Assembly (NCBI GenBank): GCA_965223545.1 | Contig: OZ245006.1 | Location: forward strand, 512,001-576,000 | DNA length: 64,000 nucleotides | Source: Planctomycetota bacterium | Lineage (GTDB): Bacteria > Planctomycetota > UBA1135 > UBA2386 | Direction of reading: 5' to 3' | Part shown: in pieces, positions 53,713 to 63,141 of the stretch | How positions within the stretch are numbered: position 1 is the first letter of the stretch | How the letters are laid out: every line of letters starts with the position of its first letter | Translations under genes and position numbers: made by a program | Notes under the pieces: model-generated | Database searches by the model: none | Told to the model about the DNA's origin: nothing | The model's input: the letters and a program-made list of their open reading frames with translations, nothing else

Positions 53713-54578
53713 CCCTCGGGGTGACCATCCCTCTGAAGCGCGCCCCAGCATCGGCTCAACCCATGGTGACCTCTCCCGTCTCCCCCGTCCGATTCGCGTC
53801 TCGGCCAGCGTCGACGCAAACGGCGGCAACTGTGGACGGCTACAGCATTCTGGAGTGGCCGCGCGAGGTTCCACCCCCCGAAGTCATTACGCCAGCTCCA
53901 GGCGCGCGGCTGGTCTTCATTCTGAAAGGCGCGGCAACGGCGCCAAGAACTCGGTCCGCTTGGCCATCCAAACTGGCAATCGCCCAGCACGTCGCGCCGA
54001 TCGCGATTCGAAGCAGCGCCGCGCTGCGAATCCTCGAGGTGAGGCTCCGCCCAGGAGCTGCGCGTGCACTGTTCGGTATTGATCCCCGCAGATCCCCCAT
54101 CGTTTCCCCAATGGAGACTTGGCTCGGTCGCACACTGTTCGGGATCGAGCAATCGCTGCACGCGCACACGGACGACGAGGGCAGGCTGGCCGCAGTGGCG
54201 TCCGCAGTTGAGGCGATAGTGGCAACCTCGCGCCGAACCGTTCCGCCTTTGGTCGAGGAGGCAGTGCGGCGACTCGATCAGACCCCCGCCTCCTCGATCT
54301 CGAAGCTCGCTCGCGAGCTGGACGTCCACGAGCGCAAGCTCGAGCGGCAGTTTCTCGCCTGGACGGGCTTGCCGCCCAAACGGTATGCCCGCCTGTCCCG
54401 ATTCCTCGGGTTCGTGGCAGAGCTGAAGCGCTGCGCAGGGAGAACGCTGGCCGAGCTGGCCCACCGCCACGGATTCAGCGATCAGGCTCATCTGTCGCAC
54501 GAAGCACGGCGCCTCTTCGGTGCGACTCCGGGGACTCTCCGGCACGATGCACCACGCTATCGATCGACCCGGCACTGA
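53709..54578 (+). CDS. AraC-family transcriptional regulator (start uncertain)
   Basis: C-terminal ERKLERQF..WTGLPPK.YARL.RF...LAELA...GFSDQAHLSHE.RRLFG.TP. Confidence 0.8.
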   Translation: MTLGVTIPLKRAPASAQPMVTSPVSPVRFASRPASTQTAATVDGYSILEWPREVPPPEVITPAPGARLVFILKGAATAPRTRSAWPSKLAIAQHVAPIAIRSSAALRILEVRLRPGAARALFGIDPRRSPIVSPMETWLGRTLFGIEQSLHAHTDDEGRLAAVASAVEAIVATSRRTVPPLVEEAVRRLDQTPASSISKLARELDVHERKLERQFLAWTGLPPKRYARLSRFLGFVAELKRCAGRTLAELAHRHGFSDQAHLSHEARRLFGATPGTLRHDAPRYRSTRH

Positions 54579-54849
54579 GCCTCGGGGTCCGCGAATCTTC
54601 GAGCGGCGACAACACTTCCGAAGGCCGGTTGACGTCACGAGTTCCATACCGCAACTCCCGGACGCTGAGAAGCAACACTGGCGTCTGCGCTCAGCGCGGC
54701 GGCGGATGTGTCAGAACTTCCAACCCGCTCCGGCAGGAGCGGCATCCGTGCTTGGTTGCGGCCCCAGCCGCGCTGGGAAGTGACCCGCGATTGGAACGCT
54801 GTCGGATCTCTACAAGACCTGCGCCCGACCAGCTTGTAGAGATCGCGAC

Positions 54850-55908
54850 ATGTCACCCTCCAGTCGTTTCGTGGCCTGCATCCTGGCCGCCCTATCACCC
54901 TGTGCCCATGGTCAAGACCTGACCCATGAACTCGACAAGCACTTCGAGAACCGCGCAGCCGACGGGTTCTCAGGCGCGGTGCTCATCGCCGAAGGCGACG
55001 ACGTGCTCCTTCGTGCGGGGTACGCCGGGTCAGACGTGGCAGAACATGCCCGCATCACTCCGCAAACCGGTTTCGACATCGGCTCGCTGACGAAGGTCTT
55101 CACCGCCGCGGCGATCTACAAGCTGATCGCGGAGGGTAAACTGACGCCGTCCACGACGCTGGCAGACGTCTTCGGCGACGTACCGGAGGAGAAGTCCGAA
55201 ATCACGATCGCGCAGCTCGTGCGACATACGTCCGGGCTGCCGGATCTCGTCGACGCTCGCGCCCGCGAGACGCGCTACGAGGTGGCCTACGACGAAGAGC
55301 TCGTCGAACGCGATGAGCTCGTGCGACGCGTGATGGCGACTGAGCTGCGTTCGAACCCAGGTGAGACGCGACGCTATTCAAACCTCGGCTACAGTCTCCT
55401 CGGGGTCGTGATCGAGGTCGTCGCCGGTCGTCCCTACGAGGAGTACGTTCGCGAGGCGATTCTCGTCCCCGCCGGGATGAACCGCACTGGCTACACTTCG
55501 GTCGAGTGGGACAAGGCCGACCTCGCAGTGGGGTCTCTCGATGGCCAGCCGTGGGGCACACCGCTCGACCGAGCATGGCTCTCCGACGGCCCATCTTGGA
55601 ACCTCCGAGCCGCTGGGGGAATGATCTCCACCATCGACGACCTGCATCGTTGGGTACGCGCACTCGAGGAGGGAACGCTGCTCCCTCCCGGCATTCAAGA
55701 CGACTTTCTCCAAGCGATGGGAGTGCGAGCGAACTCTCGCGGAGTGCGAAGCATGGGGCCTGCAGGCTCGAACGGGATCTTCAGCGCCGTCTATCTCTGG
55801 CGCATCGAGGAGCGTCGACTCGTGATCATCCTGGCCAACGTCGACGCCCATCCCGCGGAGGACGAGATTCGCGCACTGATGTCCGCTTGGCGGCGGAGAC
55901 GCAAGTGA
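54850..55908 (+). CDS. Secreted serine hydrolase (beta-lactamase family)
   Basis: FSGAVL, FDIGSLTK (SxxK), LVRHTSGL, YSNLGY, AAGGMIST..DL. Confidence 0.9.
   Translation: MSPSSRFVACILAALSPCAHGQDLTHELDKHFENRAADGFSGAVLIAEGDDVLLRAGYAGSDVAEHARITPQTGFDIGSLTKVFTAAAIYKLIAEGKLTPSTTLADVFGDVPEEKSEITIAQLVRHTSGLPDLVDARARETRYEVAYDEELVERDELVRRVMATELRSNPGETRRYSNLGYSLLGVVIEVVAGRPYEEYVREAILVPAGMNRTGYTSVEWDKADLAVGSLDGQPWGTPLDRAWLSDGPSWNLRAAGGMISTIDDLHRWVRALEEGTLLPPGIQDDFLQAMGVRANSRGVRSMGPAGSNGIFSAVYLWRIEERRLVIILANVDAHPAEDEIRALMSAWRRRRK
55656..55758 (+). repeat. 103-bp direct repeat, copy 1 (inside the serine hydrolase gene)
   Basis: Matches 57420-57522 with 4 mismatches. Confidence 0.92.
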
Positions 55909-56381
55909 ACGCCGCGACGTCCAGGGCGGGAAGATCGCAGCCAGTGCTCGCCGACACGCCAGCGCCACCCGGATCGCTTCCACGGCGGCATCCGTGACTG
56001 GACGCGGCCGAGCCGTGTGGTGCTGAATCCACAGGAGTTGGGGCAGTGCCGAGAAGCCGGATGATGAGCAGTGAGCAGGCGACACGATACCCCCGGGCGC
56101 CCTCCTCCTAGGCAGCCTCGCCGGCGGTTGTGTAGAGGCCCGAGCAGGTACTCGGCGAGGTCCGGCGGACAACGCTCCCCGGAGCAAGCAGATGCCCGGC
56201 GTCGCCGCCATCATCGCTGCTGCGCCGCAGCGACTGACGCACTGACGCACAGGAAGGAACACACTCAGGCGGCAACTACCCTGACTCAGGGGGGTGGAGC
56301 CTCCCGGAAACAACGACCTTTTCGTTGAAGCTCTTCACCGTCTGGCTTCCGCGTGGGGACAGGAGCGGAGGCGCCTCATCG

Positions 56382-57305
56382 TTAGCTCTCGCTGCGGCGA
56401 TCGATCTCCGCGATCGGGAACGCCGAGCCCACGAGGTCCTCGGACACGGACCAGAGTCTCGACGCCACGTCTTCCTGTTCTGAGTACTCGGTTCGGGAGG
56501 CGCGGCCAGGCGGACCCTTCAGATCCATGAACCCCTGAGGGCCATAGTAACCGCCACCCTTGACATCAGGAGAGAGGGCCGCATGCAGAGGCGATCTTGC
56601 CGCGCTCTCGTTCGAATGCAGGATGAAGGGCTTAAGAAGCTTGAACGTGTAGTACACGACTCTCGACATGTCGTCGAAGAGACCAGAGTCCGTGCCGCCG
56701 GGGTGCGCGGCTACGGAAATGAGGCTGCGTCCGGCGCGCTTGAGACGCCGGTCGAGTTCGATCGCGAACATGAGGCAGGCGAGCTTGGATTGCGCGTAGG
56801 CAAAGTCCTTCGCTGGGGGGTTGTCGCAGTTGAGGTCTTCAAACGCGATCTCGCCCTTCTTGTGCGCCAGACTACTCAATGAGACCACGCGCGAGTCGGG
56901 CCTATCCGGTAGCAAGTCGAAGAGGAGAGACGTAAGCAGAAAGTGGCCAAGGTGGTTCGTGGCGAACTGAAGCTCGATCCCGTCGTCGTTGCGACGCCCC
57001 GAGTAGTCCAAGACCCCCGCATTGTTCACGAGGATATCCAGCCGGTCGTGTTGTTTTCGGAAGCTCTGGGCAAATGCGCGCACGGATGGGAAGCGACTCA
57101 AGTCGAGCTCGGCGACCTCCAGAACTGCCGCCGGGACGCGCTCTTGCGCCATCTTCATGGCAACGCGGGCCTTGTCTAGGCTCCGACATGCCAGGACGAC
57201 TCGGAGGCCAGCCCTGGCCAATCCAATCGTGGTCTCGTACCCGACTCCCGAGTTGGCACCCGTGACAATCGCCACCTTCGTTCGCTCGCTGGATACGTCG
57301 CTCAT
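56382..57305 (-). CDS. Short-chain dehydrogenase/reductase (retinol dehydrogenase-like)
   Basis: VTGANSGVG, LVNNAG, FATNHLGHF, SLSS, YAQSK, AAHPG. Confidence 0.93.
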   Translation of the reverse strand: MSDVSSERTKVAIVTGANSGVGYETTIGLARAGLRVVLACRSLDKARVAMKMAQERVPAAVLEVAELDLSRFPSVRAFAQSFRKQHDRLDILVNNAGVLDYSGRRNDDGIELQFATNHLGHFLLTSLLFDLLPDRPDSRVVSLSSLAHKKGEIAFEDLNCDNPPAKDFAYAQSKLACLMFAIELDRRLKRAGRSLISVAAHPGGTDSGLFDDMSRVVYYTFKLLKPFILHSNESAARSPLHAALSPDVKGGGYYGPQGFMDLKGPPGRASRTEYSEQEDVASRLWSVSEDLVGSAFPIAEIDRRSES

Positions 57306-57419
57306 TCTGGATCCTCGGTAGTGCTCGACGTCGCGCAGACGTTCGGCCGGACTGCGCACCGAGTCAAGGATTAGCGCGAACCCATCGAACATCGGCGCGG
57401 CGTTCTGAACGGGAGCGGG

Positions 57420-57522
57420 ACGCGCACTCGAGGAGGGAACGCTGCTCCCTCCCGGCATTCAAGACGACTTCCTCCAGGCGATGGGAGTGGGAGAGAACTC
57501 TCGCGGAGTGCGAAGCATGGGG
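57420..57522 (+). repeat. 103-bp direct repeat, copy 2 (intergenic)
   Basis: Matches 55656-55758 with 4 mismatches. Confidence 0.92.
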
Positions 57523-57545
57523 TTTGGCGAACCTCGCGAGCCACG

Positions 57546-58577
57546 TCACTCCCCGCCGCGCTGCCGGCCTCCCAGCCCTCCCGGCGACGGCGGGTACACA
57601 GTTGGCTCGCCGATGGTGAGACGGGGTATGGGACGCAATCCCGCGTCGGCCAGCGTGACGTGCCACGTCTCCGAGAGCCACAGTTGGTGAACGTGTGGGA
57701 GCACGGGACGGACCGAGAGGTAGACCTCGGGGCCGGCCGCGACGGCGAAGCCGGCCTCCTGGAAGCGCAGCAGGGTGAACACATCCGAGGTCCAGAAGCG
57801 CGTGTGCACCGGTGCGCGCGTGTCGACGAGGATGGCGTGGAGAAGCGCGCGGACCGAGTCCGCATTCTCGGGCTCCACGGCCCAGTCGAGGATCAGACGA
57901 ACGCCGCCCGCGTCGCGGGTGATCGCCACGCCGGTGCGTTCGCCGGCCCGCCAGGCCTGCCAGAGGCGATCGGTGCGTCCCGGCGCCGCCGCCCGCCAGG
58001 CGTCGAACACACCGTTGTGGCGCACGCCGCACTGGCCGACGCCGAGCGCGCTGGCGGGCCCCCGGCCGTCGCCACCCCGCGTGATGACGGTCCCGTCCCC
58101 GCCGAGTTCGGGGACGGGTCGATCGGCCGGGCGCCGCAGATCGATGGACGTCGCGACAGCGTCGTGCCCGCGGGCGCGTCGCAAGTGCCACCAGTCGGCC
58201 TCGTCCCACTGGCCGAAGACGGCGCCGAGGCGCTCGCGGCGCTCGAAGGTCTCCCGGAACAAATCGTCGAGGGCGGCGAAGAGGCTGTGCACGCCGCCGG
58301 TGCGGTAGGCCGGTTCGATGAAGCAGCTGTGGAAGCGACCGAAGAGCGACGGCTCGCCCTTCACGAGCATGGGGACGTGCGTCACGCCCAGGTGCGCGAT
58401 GATGCGCCCGTCCGGGTCGGCGGCGAGGACGCCCGAGGAGCCGTGCGGGTTGTCTCGGAACGCGTAGGTGACGTGCTGTCGGATCCGGCGGGCATCACCA
58501 CCGGTGGCCCTCGCGAACCCGTCGCCGATGCCGGCCCAGTCTTCATCCGTCGCGATGCGAAGCTCGAACTGCCCCAT
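57546..58577 (-). CDS. GNAT-family acyltransferase-like protein
   Basis: Paralogous to the adjacent GNAT (NP.G...GRIIAH.G...EPAYR.G; C-terminal W..TLAD). Confidence 0.75.
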   Translation of the reverse strand: MGQFELRIATDEDWAGIGDGFARATGGDARRIRQHVTYAFRDNPHGSSGVLAADPDGRIIAHLGVTHVPMLVKGEPSLFGRFHSCFIEPAYRTGGVHSLFAALDDLFRETFERRERLGAVFGQWDEADWWHLRRARGHDAVATSIDLRRPADRPVPELGGDGTVITRGGDGRGPASALGVGQCGVRHNGVFDAWRAAAPGRTDRLWQAWRAGERTGVAITRDAGGVRLILDWAVEPENADSVRALLHAILVDTRAPVHTRFWTSDVFTLLRFQEAGFAVAAGPEVYLSVRPVLPHVHQLWLSETWHVTLADAGLRPIPRLTIGEPTVYPPSPGGLGGRQRGGE

Positions 58578-58611
58578 CAGCGTCGTTGCGCCCCAGTCCG
58601 GAGGAATCGCA

Positions 58612-59610
58612 TCAGAGGATGTCGAGGTCGGCCAGCGTGTAGTACCAGTGCTCGCGCAGAAAGCGCGGCTCGAGCTGCGGCGCGAACGGAATCGCCATCA
58701 TCATGTAAGGCGACGGACGGACGCAGAATCCCCAACCCTGAAACGCGCCGAACCAGGGCGAGGACGTCGGGCAGACGAACGCGACGTTGGCACGGCCAAG
58801 CCGAGCGTAGTGCGCACGCACGGCAGCCTGCAGCGACCAGGCCGCGGCGTGGTCGGCGGGGTCGCAGAGCCAGTCCACCAGGACGCCGACGTCGTTCTCC
58901 ATGAGGCGCGCGAGGCGGTGCACGGCGTAGGCGCGGAGCGTGCCGTCGGTCGCACTCCGGGCGAAGGTGATCCGGTACGGCGAGGCCGGCGCGTCCAGGA
59001 AGCGCCAGCGAAGGAACCGCGCGTCTCGTCGCGTCATGCAGCGGTAGCGCGGCAGCAGGCGCTCACAAAGGGCGGTCACGTCGTCGTCGACGCGCGTCAC
59101 CTCGTGGACCTCGACACCGGTGCCGGCCGATCCCGACGACTCGCCCCGCGACACGAGCAGCCACTGTTGACGCAGGATCCGGTAGTCTGCATAGCGGCTG
59201 CCGATGCGATAGCTGCGCTGATTGGGGAAGCCGAACATGACGGCGGTGCCGCCGGGGATGCCGTACGTCGAGTTGTAGGCCTGGGCCAGGCGGACGAAGA
59301 CGCCGGGGTTGCGCAGCCCGCGGCGCACCGCGGGGTCCGTGCACGCATCGCAGCCCTGCGCGAACGTGAACGACTCGTTGTCGGCGCGGACGTCCAAAGG
59401 AACGCCACCGAAGTGCCCGACGATGCGCCCCTCGCCGTCCTCGGCCACGAGTCCCTGGAAGCCGGCCGGGTTGCCACGGTACTTCCAGTGCCACCACGCC
59501 GCCCCGAACTCGGGCGTGTCGTCGCCGCCAAAGGCGGCGTTCACGAGACCCGCGATGGCCTCGGCGTCGTCGGGGTTCGAGCGGCGCATGATGAGTTCCG
59601 CGTTCGTCAC
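58612..59610 (-). CDS. GNAT-family acyltransferase
   Basis: W.WKY..NPAG, GRIVGH, D..TDP..RRG, FGFPN, RDARFLRWRF...P...Y. Confidence 0.85.
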   Translation of the reverse strand: MTNAELIMRRSNPDDAEAIAGLVNAAFGGDDTPEFGAAWWHWKYRGNPAGFQGLVAEDGEGRIVGHFGGVPLDVRADNESFTFAQGCDACTDPAVRRGLRNPGVFVRLAQAYNSTYGIPGGTAVMFGFPNQRSYRIGSRYADYRILRQQWLLVSRGESSGSAGTGVEVHEVTRVDDDVTALCERLLPRYRCMTRRDARFLRWRFLDAPASPYRITFARSATDGTLRAYAVHRLARLMENDVGVLVDWLCDPADHAAAWSLQAAVRAHYARLGRANVAFVCPTSSPWFGAFQGWGFCVRPSPYMMMAIPFAPQLEPRFLREHWYYTLADLDIL

Positions 59611-60818
59611 GGTTCGTACCGCCGCAGCACCAGGCTCGCATTCGTCCCACCGAAGCCGAAATTGTTCGTCATGACCGTGGACAGGCCGGCGGCGTCCCGG
59701 CGCTCGGCGACCAGCGGCAGGTCGTCGAGCTCAGCGGCGGCGTCGGTCGCGTTGATCGAGGGTGCGACAAAATCGTGCTCGAGCATGAGCATGCAGTGGA
59801 TCGCCTCCAGCGCGCCGGCGGCCGCCAGGGTGTGGCCTCCCATCGACTTGGTCGACGAGAACGGCGGCACGCCGCCGCCGAAGACCGTGCGCAGCGCGTC
59901 GACTTCCCTGAGGTCGCCGAGCAGGGTACCCGTGCCGTGCGTGTTCACGTAGTCGATGGGCGTGTCGACCGTGTCCAGCGCCAGCCGCATGCAGCGGACG
60001 GCGCCCTCCCCCGAAGGCGCGACCATGTCTTCGCCATCCGACGTGGCGCCGTACCCCACGAGCTCGGCGTGGATCCGCGCCCCGCGTGCCAGGGCATGGT
60101 CGAGAGCCTCGACCACGACCATGCCCGCGCCCGCCGACATCACAAAGCCGTCGCGAGCCCGGTCGTAGGGTCGCGACGCCTCTGCGGGGGTCTCGTTGAA
60201 GCGCGTCGACAGCGCGCCCATCGCGTCGAACCGGCAGGCGATGGTCCAGTCCGCCTCCTCGCTGCCGCCAGCGAAGACCACGTCCTGCTTGCCCCACTGG
60301 ACCTGCTCCATGGCGACGCCGATGCAGTGAGCGCTCGTCGCGCAGGCCGACGTGACGCCGTAGCTGAGGCCCAGGATGCGGTACGCCGTCGCGAGATTCG
60401 CGGCCACGCTGCTGGCCATGGTGCGTGGCGCGGCGAAGGGGCTGACCCGGCGCAACCCACGGCGGCGCAGGGCGTCGACGCTCTCGACGAGGCTCGCTGC
60501 CGAGGAGGCGCCCGCCGCGGCAACGACGCCGATGCGCGGATCGGAGATGGCGTCGGGCTCGAACCCCGCATCGTGCAGGGCCTCGCGCATGGCGATCCAA
60601 GCATAGACCGCCGCCGTGCACATGTGGCGACGGGAACGTCGGTCGAGGGGCGCTTCGACGTCGACGAGGCCCGAGACCTGCGAGCGCAGGCCGACCTGCC
60701 GGTACGTCTCGTCGAAGACGATGCCCGAGCGGCCGGCGCGCAACGAGGCGAGAACCTCGGTCACCGAGTTGCCCAGACAAGAAACCGCACCCATCCCGGT
60801 GATGACGACTCGTCGCAT
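59607..60818 (-). CDS. fabB: Beta-ketoacyl-ACP synthase I
   Basis: MRRVVITGMG, TSACATSAHCIG, SRPYD..RDGFV, NTHGTGT, KSMGGH, NNFGFGGTN. Confidence 0.92.
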   Translation of the reverse strand: MRRVVITGMGAVSCLGNSVTEVLASLRAGRSGIVFDETYRQVGLRSQVSGLVDVEAPLDRRSRRHMCTAAVYAWIAMREALHDAGFEPDAISDPRIGVVAAAGASSAASLVESVDALRRRGLRRVSPFAAPRTMASSVAANLATAYRILGLSYGVTSACATSAHCIGVAMEQVQWGKQDVVFAGGSEEADWTIACRFDAMGALSTRFNETPAEASRPYDRARDGFVMSAGAGMVVVEALDHALARGARIHAELVGYGATSDGEDMVAPSGEGAVRCMRLALDTVDTPIDYVNTHGTGTLLGDLREVDALRTVFGGGVPPFSSTKSMGGHTLAAAGALEAIHCMLMLEHDFVAPSINATDAAAELDDLPLVAERRDAAGLSTVMTNNFGFGGTNASLVLRRYEP

Positions 60819-60824
60819 TGCCGA

Positions 60825-62357
60825 TCACGCGGGTAGATGCCCAGCGCTCCACGCGACGTCACCGTCCGCCGTCCGCGGCAGCTCTTCGAGGATGTAGACG
60901 CGCCGCGGTTGCTTGTAGTGGGCCAGCCGCGCCCGGCAGAACGCCATGAGCGTGGCTTCCTCGACCGGGCCTCGCAGCGTGACCGCTGCGACGATGCGCG
61001 CCATCCCCCGCGCATCCTCGACGTCGGTGACCGCGCTCTCGGCGACCGATGGGTGCGACTCGAGCACCCGGGAGACCTCCTTCAACGACACCTTCCAGCC
61101 GCCGACGTGCACCACGCCGGGACGGGTGCGGTGCAGGCGGAGGAGCCCGTCAGCGCCGAGGCAACCGATGTCACCGGTCCAATAGCGGCCATCCCGAAAC
61201 CCGCCCGTGTCGCGTCGTGTCGCCACTCGAACGTAGCCCGCCGCGGTGGCCGCCCCACCGATGACGACCTCGCCGCGACTCCCAGCGGGCAACGTCTCGC
61301 CGTCCGGGCCGACGATGCTCAACTGCACGCCGCGCATGGCTCGTCCGACGGAACTCGGGTGCCGGGCCGACTCCGAGGGGTGACACAGGGAGATGCCGCC
61401 AGTTTCCGACGACCCGTAGTGTTGGCAGATCGTCGCGCGGAACCGTTCGGAGAACGCCTCGGCGACGTCGACGGGGAGCGGCGCCGTACACGAGAGCAGA
61501 TAGCGGGTCGCCGACAGGTCCGGGGCGGGGTCGACGCGAGTGCGGTTCAACAGCTGGTACATGGCCGGCACGCCGAGGAACACCGAGACCCGCCCGCCGG
61601 CGAGCTCGCCGAGGATCGCCTTCCAGGCGGGGCGCCTGCGGATGGCGAGCGAGGTTCCCGCGAACAACACGGGCAGGAGCCCGAGGTCGAAACCGTAGGA
61701 GTGCGCGAGCGACACCGGCGCCAGCACGAGGTCCGACGCATCGAGGCCGAGGGTCTCCACGACGTTGGCGGCCGCCGCGCACACGTTGGTCGCGGTCCAG
61801 AGCACGGCCTTGGGCGCGCCCGTCGAGCCGGAGCTGAACTTGACCAGGGCGGGGTATGAGCCCACATCGCGAAGTCCGAAGCGCCGGCGCACGTCGAGGA
61901 CACTGGGGACCGTCGATCGGAGAAGCAGAAGCCGCAAGGTCTGGCCGCTGCCGGGATCCGTCAGGTCGTGCTCGGATTCGACGTCGAGTCGCGCCGCGGC
62001 CTCGGCGGCGTGCTGCGGCAGGGCGAGGACGAAGTCGGGTCGAACGGTGGCGGCGATCGTCCGGAGCTCGGATTCCCGGTAGCGCGTCGACACGAGTGCC
62101 GCCGTGGCGGGGAGCTGGGCGAGTGCCAGGAAGGCGGCGACGAAGGCGCCCGAGCTCGGCAGCATCAGTAGGCCCAGCCCGTGCTCGCGCACCCCGGCCG
62201 CGCGCATCGCGATCGCGAGCTCCAAGGCGCGCTCCGCCAGCTGCCGTCGGCTGCAGGTCGCGTCGGGGATGTCCAGCGCGGGCGCGTTCGGATCGGCGTG
62301 CACCGTCCGCTCGAACGTCTCCCAGAGAGTGGTCGCGTCCCGTGCGACGGAGCTCAT
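60825..62357 (-). CDS. Class I adenylate-forming enzyme (acyl-CoA/acyl-ACP ligase-like)
   Basis: FSSGSTGAPK, LAHSYG, HYGSSETGG, WTGDIG, GGWKV, YKQPR; GGAG RBS before ATG 62357. Confidence 0.88.
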   Translation of the reverse strand: MSSVARDATTLWETFERTVHADPNAPALDIPDATCSRRQLAERALELAIAMRAAGVREHGLGLLMLPSSGAFVAAFLALAQLPATAALVSTRYRESELRTIAATVRPDFVLALPQHAAEAAARLDVESEHDLTDPGSGQTLRLLLLRSTVPSVLDVRRRFGLRDVGSYPALVKFSSGSTGAPKAVLWTATNVCAAAANVVETLGLDASDLVLAPVSLAHSYGFDLGLLPVLFAGTSLAIRRRPAWKAILGELAGGRVSVFLGVPAMYQLLNRTRVDPAPDLSATRYLLSCTAPLPVDVAEAFSERFRATICQHYGSSETGGISLCHPSESARHPSSVGRAMRGVQLSIVGPDGETLPAGSRGEVVIGGAATAAGYVRVATRRDTGGFRDGRYWTGDIGCLGADGLLRLHRTRPGVVHVGGWKVSLKEVSRVLESHPSVAESAVTDVEDARGMARIVAAVTLRGPVEEATLMAFCRARLAHYKQPRRVYILEELPRTADGDVAWSAGHLPA

Positions 62358-62434
62358 CGCCCCACTCCGCTGGTGCCGTTGACACGACGCCGGCAGCTCC
62401 ATAGGGTCGCCGCAGGGTGACGGTTGAAGACCTG

Positions 62435-63130
62435 ATGAAGCATTCTGCGGCCCGGGTGAAGAAGCTCTACGGAGAGACGCTGCCTCCCGCGTACGACGAC
62501 CGCCCGTCGTTCCGTCACCGGGTGCTGCGTGCGGCGAAGATGGTCGTCGGCAACGCACTGTACGACTTTCACGCGCAGTCGGTGCGGGCCATCGAGGCCG
62601 TGGGGCTGAACACCGGCGACCGGGTGCTCGTGTTCTGCTGCGGCACCGGCCGGGAGTTCGCCGCCATCCGGGAGCGGATCGGCGTCGAGGGGACCATCCT
62701 CGGCGTGGACTTCTCCGCCGCGATGCTGGCCCGGGCCCGGTACGGCATGCGACGCGAAGGCTGGACCAACGTCACCCTGCTCGAAGCCGACGTCACGGAG
62801 TTCGAGCCGCCGGACGGGACGTCCTTCGACGTAGGCCTCTGCACCTGTGGGATGTCGATCGTCCCCGGCTGGGCGGCGGCGTTCGACGCCCTGGTCGGCG
62901 CGGTGCGGCCCGGGGGCGGCGTGGTCGTGGGCGACCTGCAGCTGGCGACGGGCGTCCGGGCGCTGCTCAATCCCCTCGTCGCGTGGTGGACCCGACCGTA
63001 CGGCGGGTCGCTCCAGGGCCACGCCAACACGCGCGCGCTGTTCGAGCGCATGGAGCGGGAGCTCGACGTGATCGCGACCGGCGAGGACGGCCACGGAACC
63101 TATCGGTTCTGCGCGGCGCGCAGAACCTAG
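62435..63130 (+). CDS. Class I SAM-dependent methyltransferase
   Basis: GDRVLVFCCGTG, GVDFSAAMLARA, EADV, FDV, VRPGG.VVVGD. Confidence 0.85.
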   Translation: MKHSAARVKKLYGETLPPAYDDRPSFRHRVLRAAKMVVGNALYDFHAQSVRAIEAVGLNTGDRVLVFCCGTGREFAAIRERIGVEGTILGVDFSAAMLARARYGMRREGWTNVTLLEADVTEFEPPDGTSFDVGLCTCGMSIVPGWAAAFDALVGAVRPGGGVVVGDLQLATGVRALLNPLVAWWTRPYGGSLQGHANTRALFERMERELDVIATGEDGHGTYRFCAARRT

Positions 63131-63141
63131 GGCGCGGCGGG

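Noticed and set aside
55910..56380. 470-bp intergenic region as a possible ncRNA or mobile end
   Set aside because: No convincing hairpin set, terminal repeat or family motif seen
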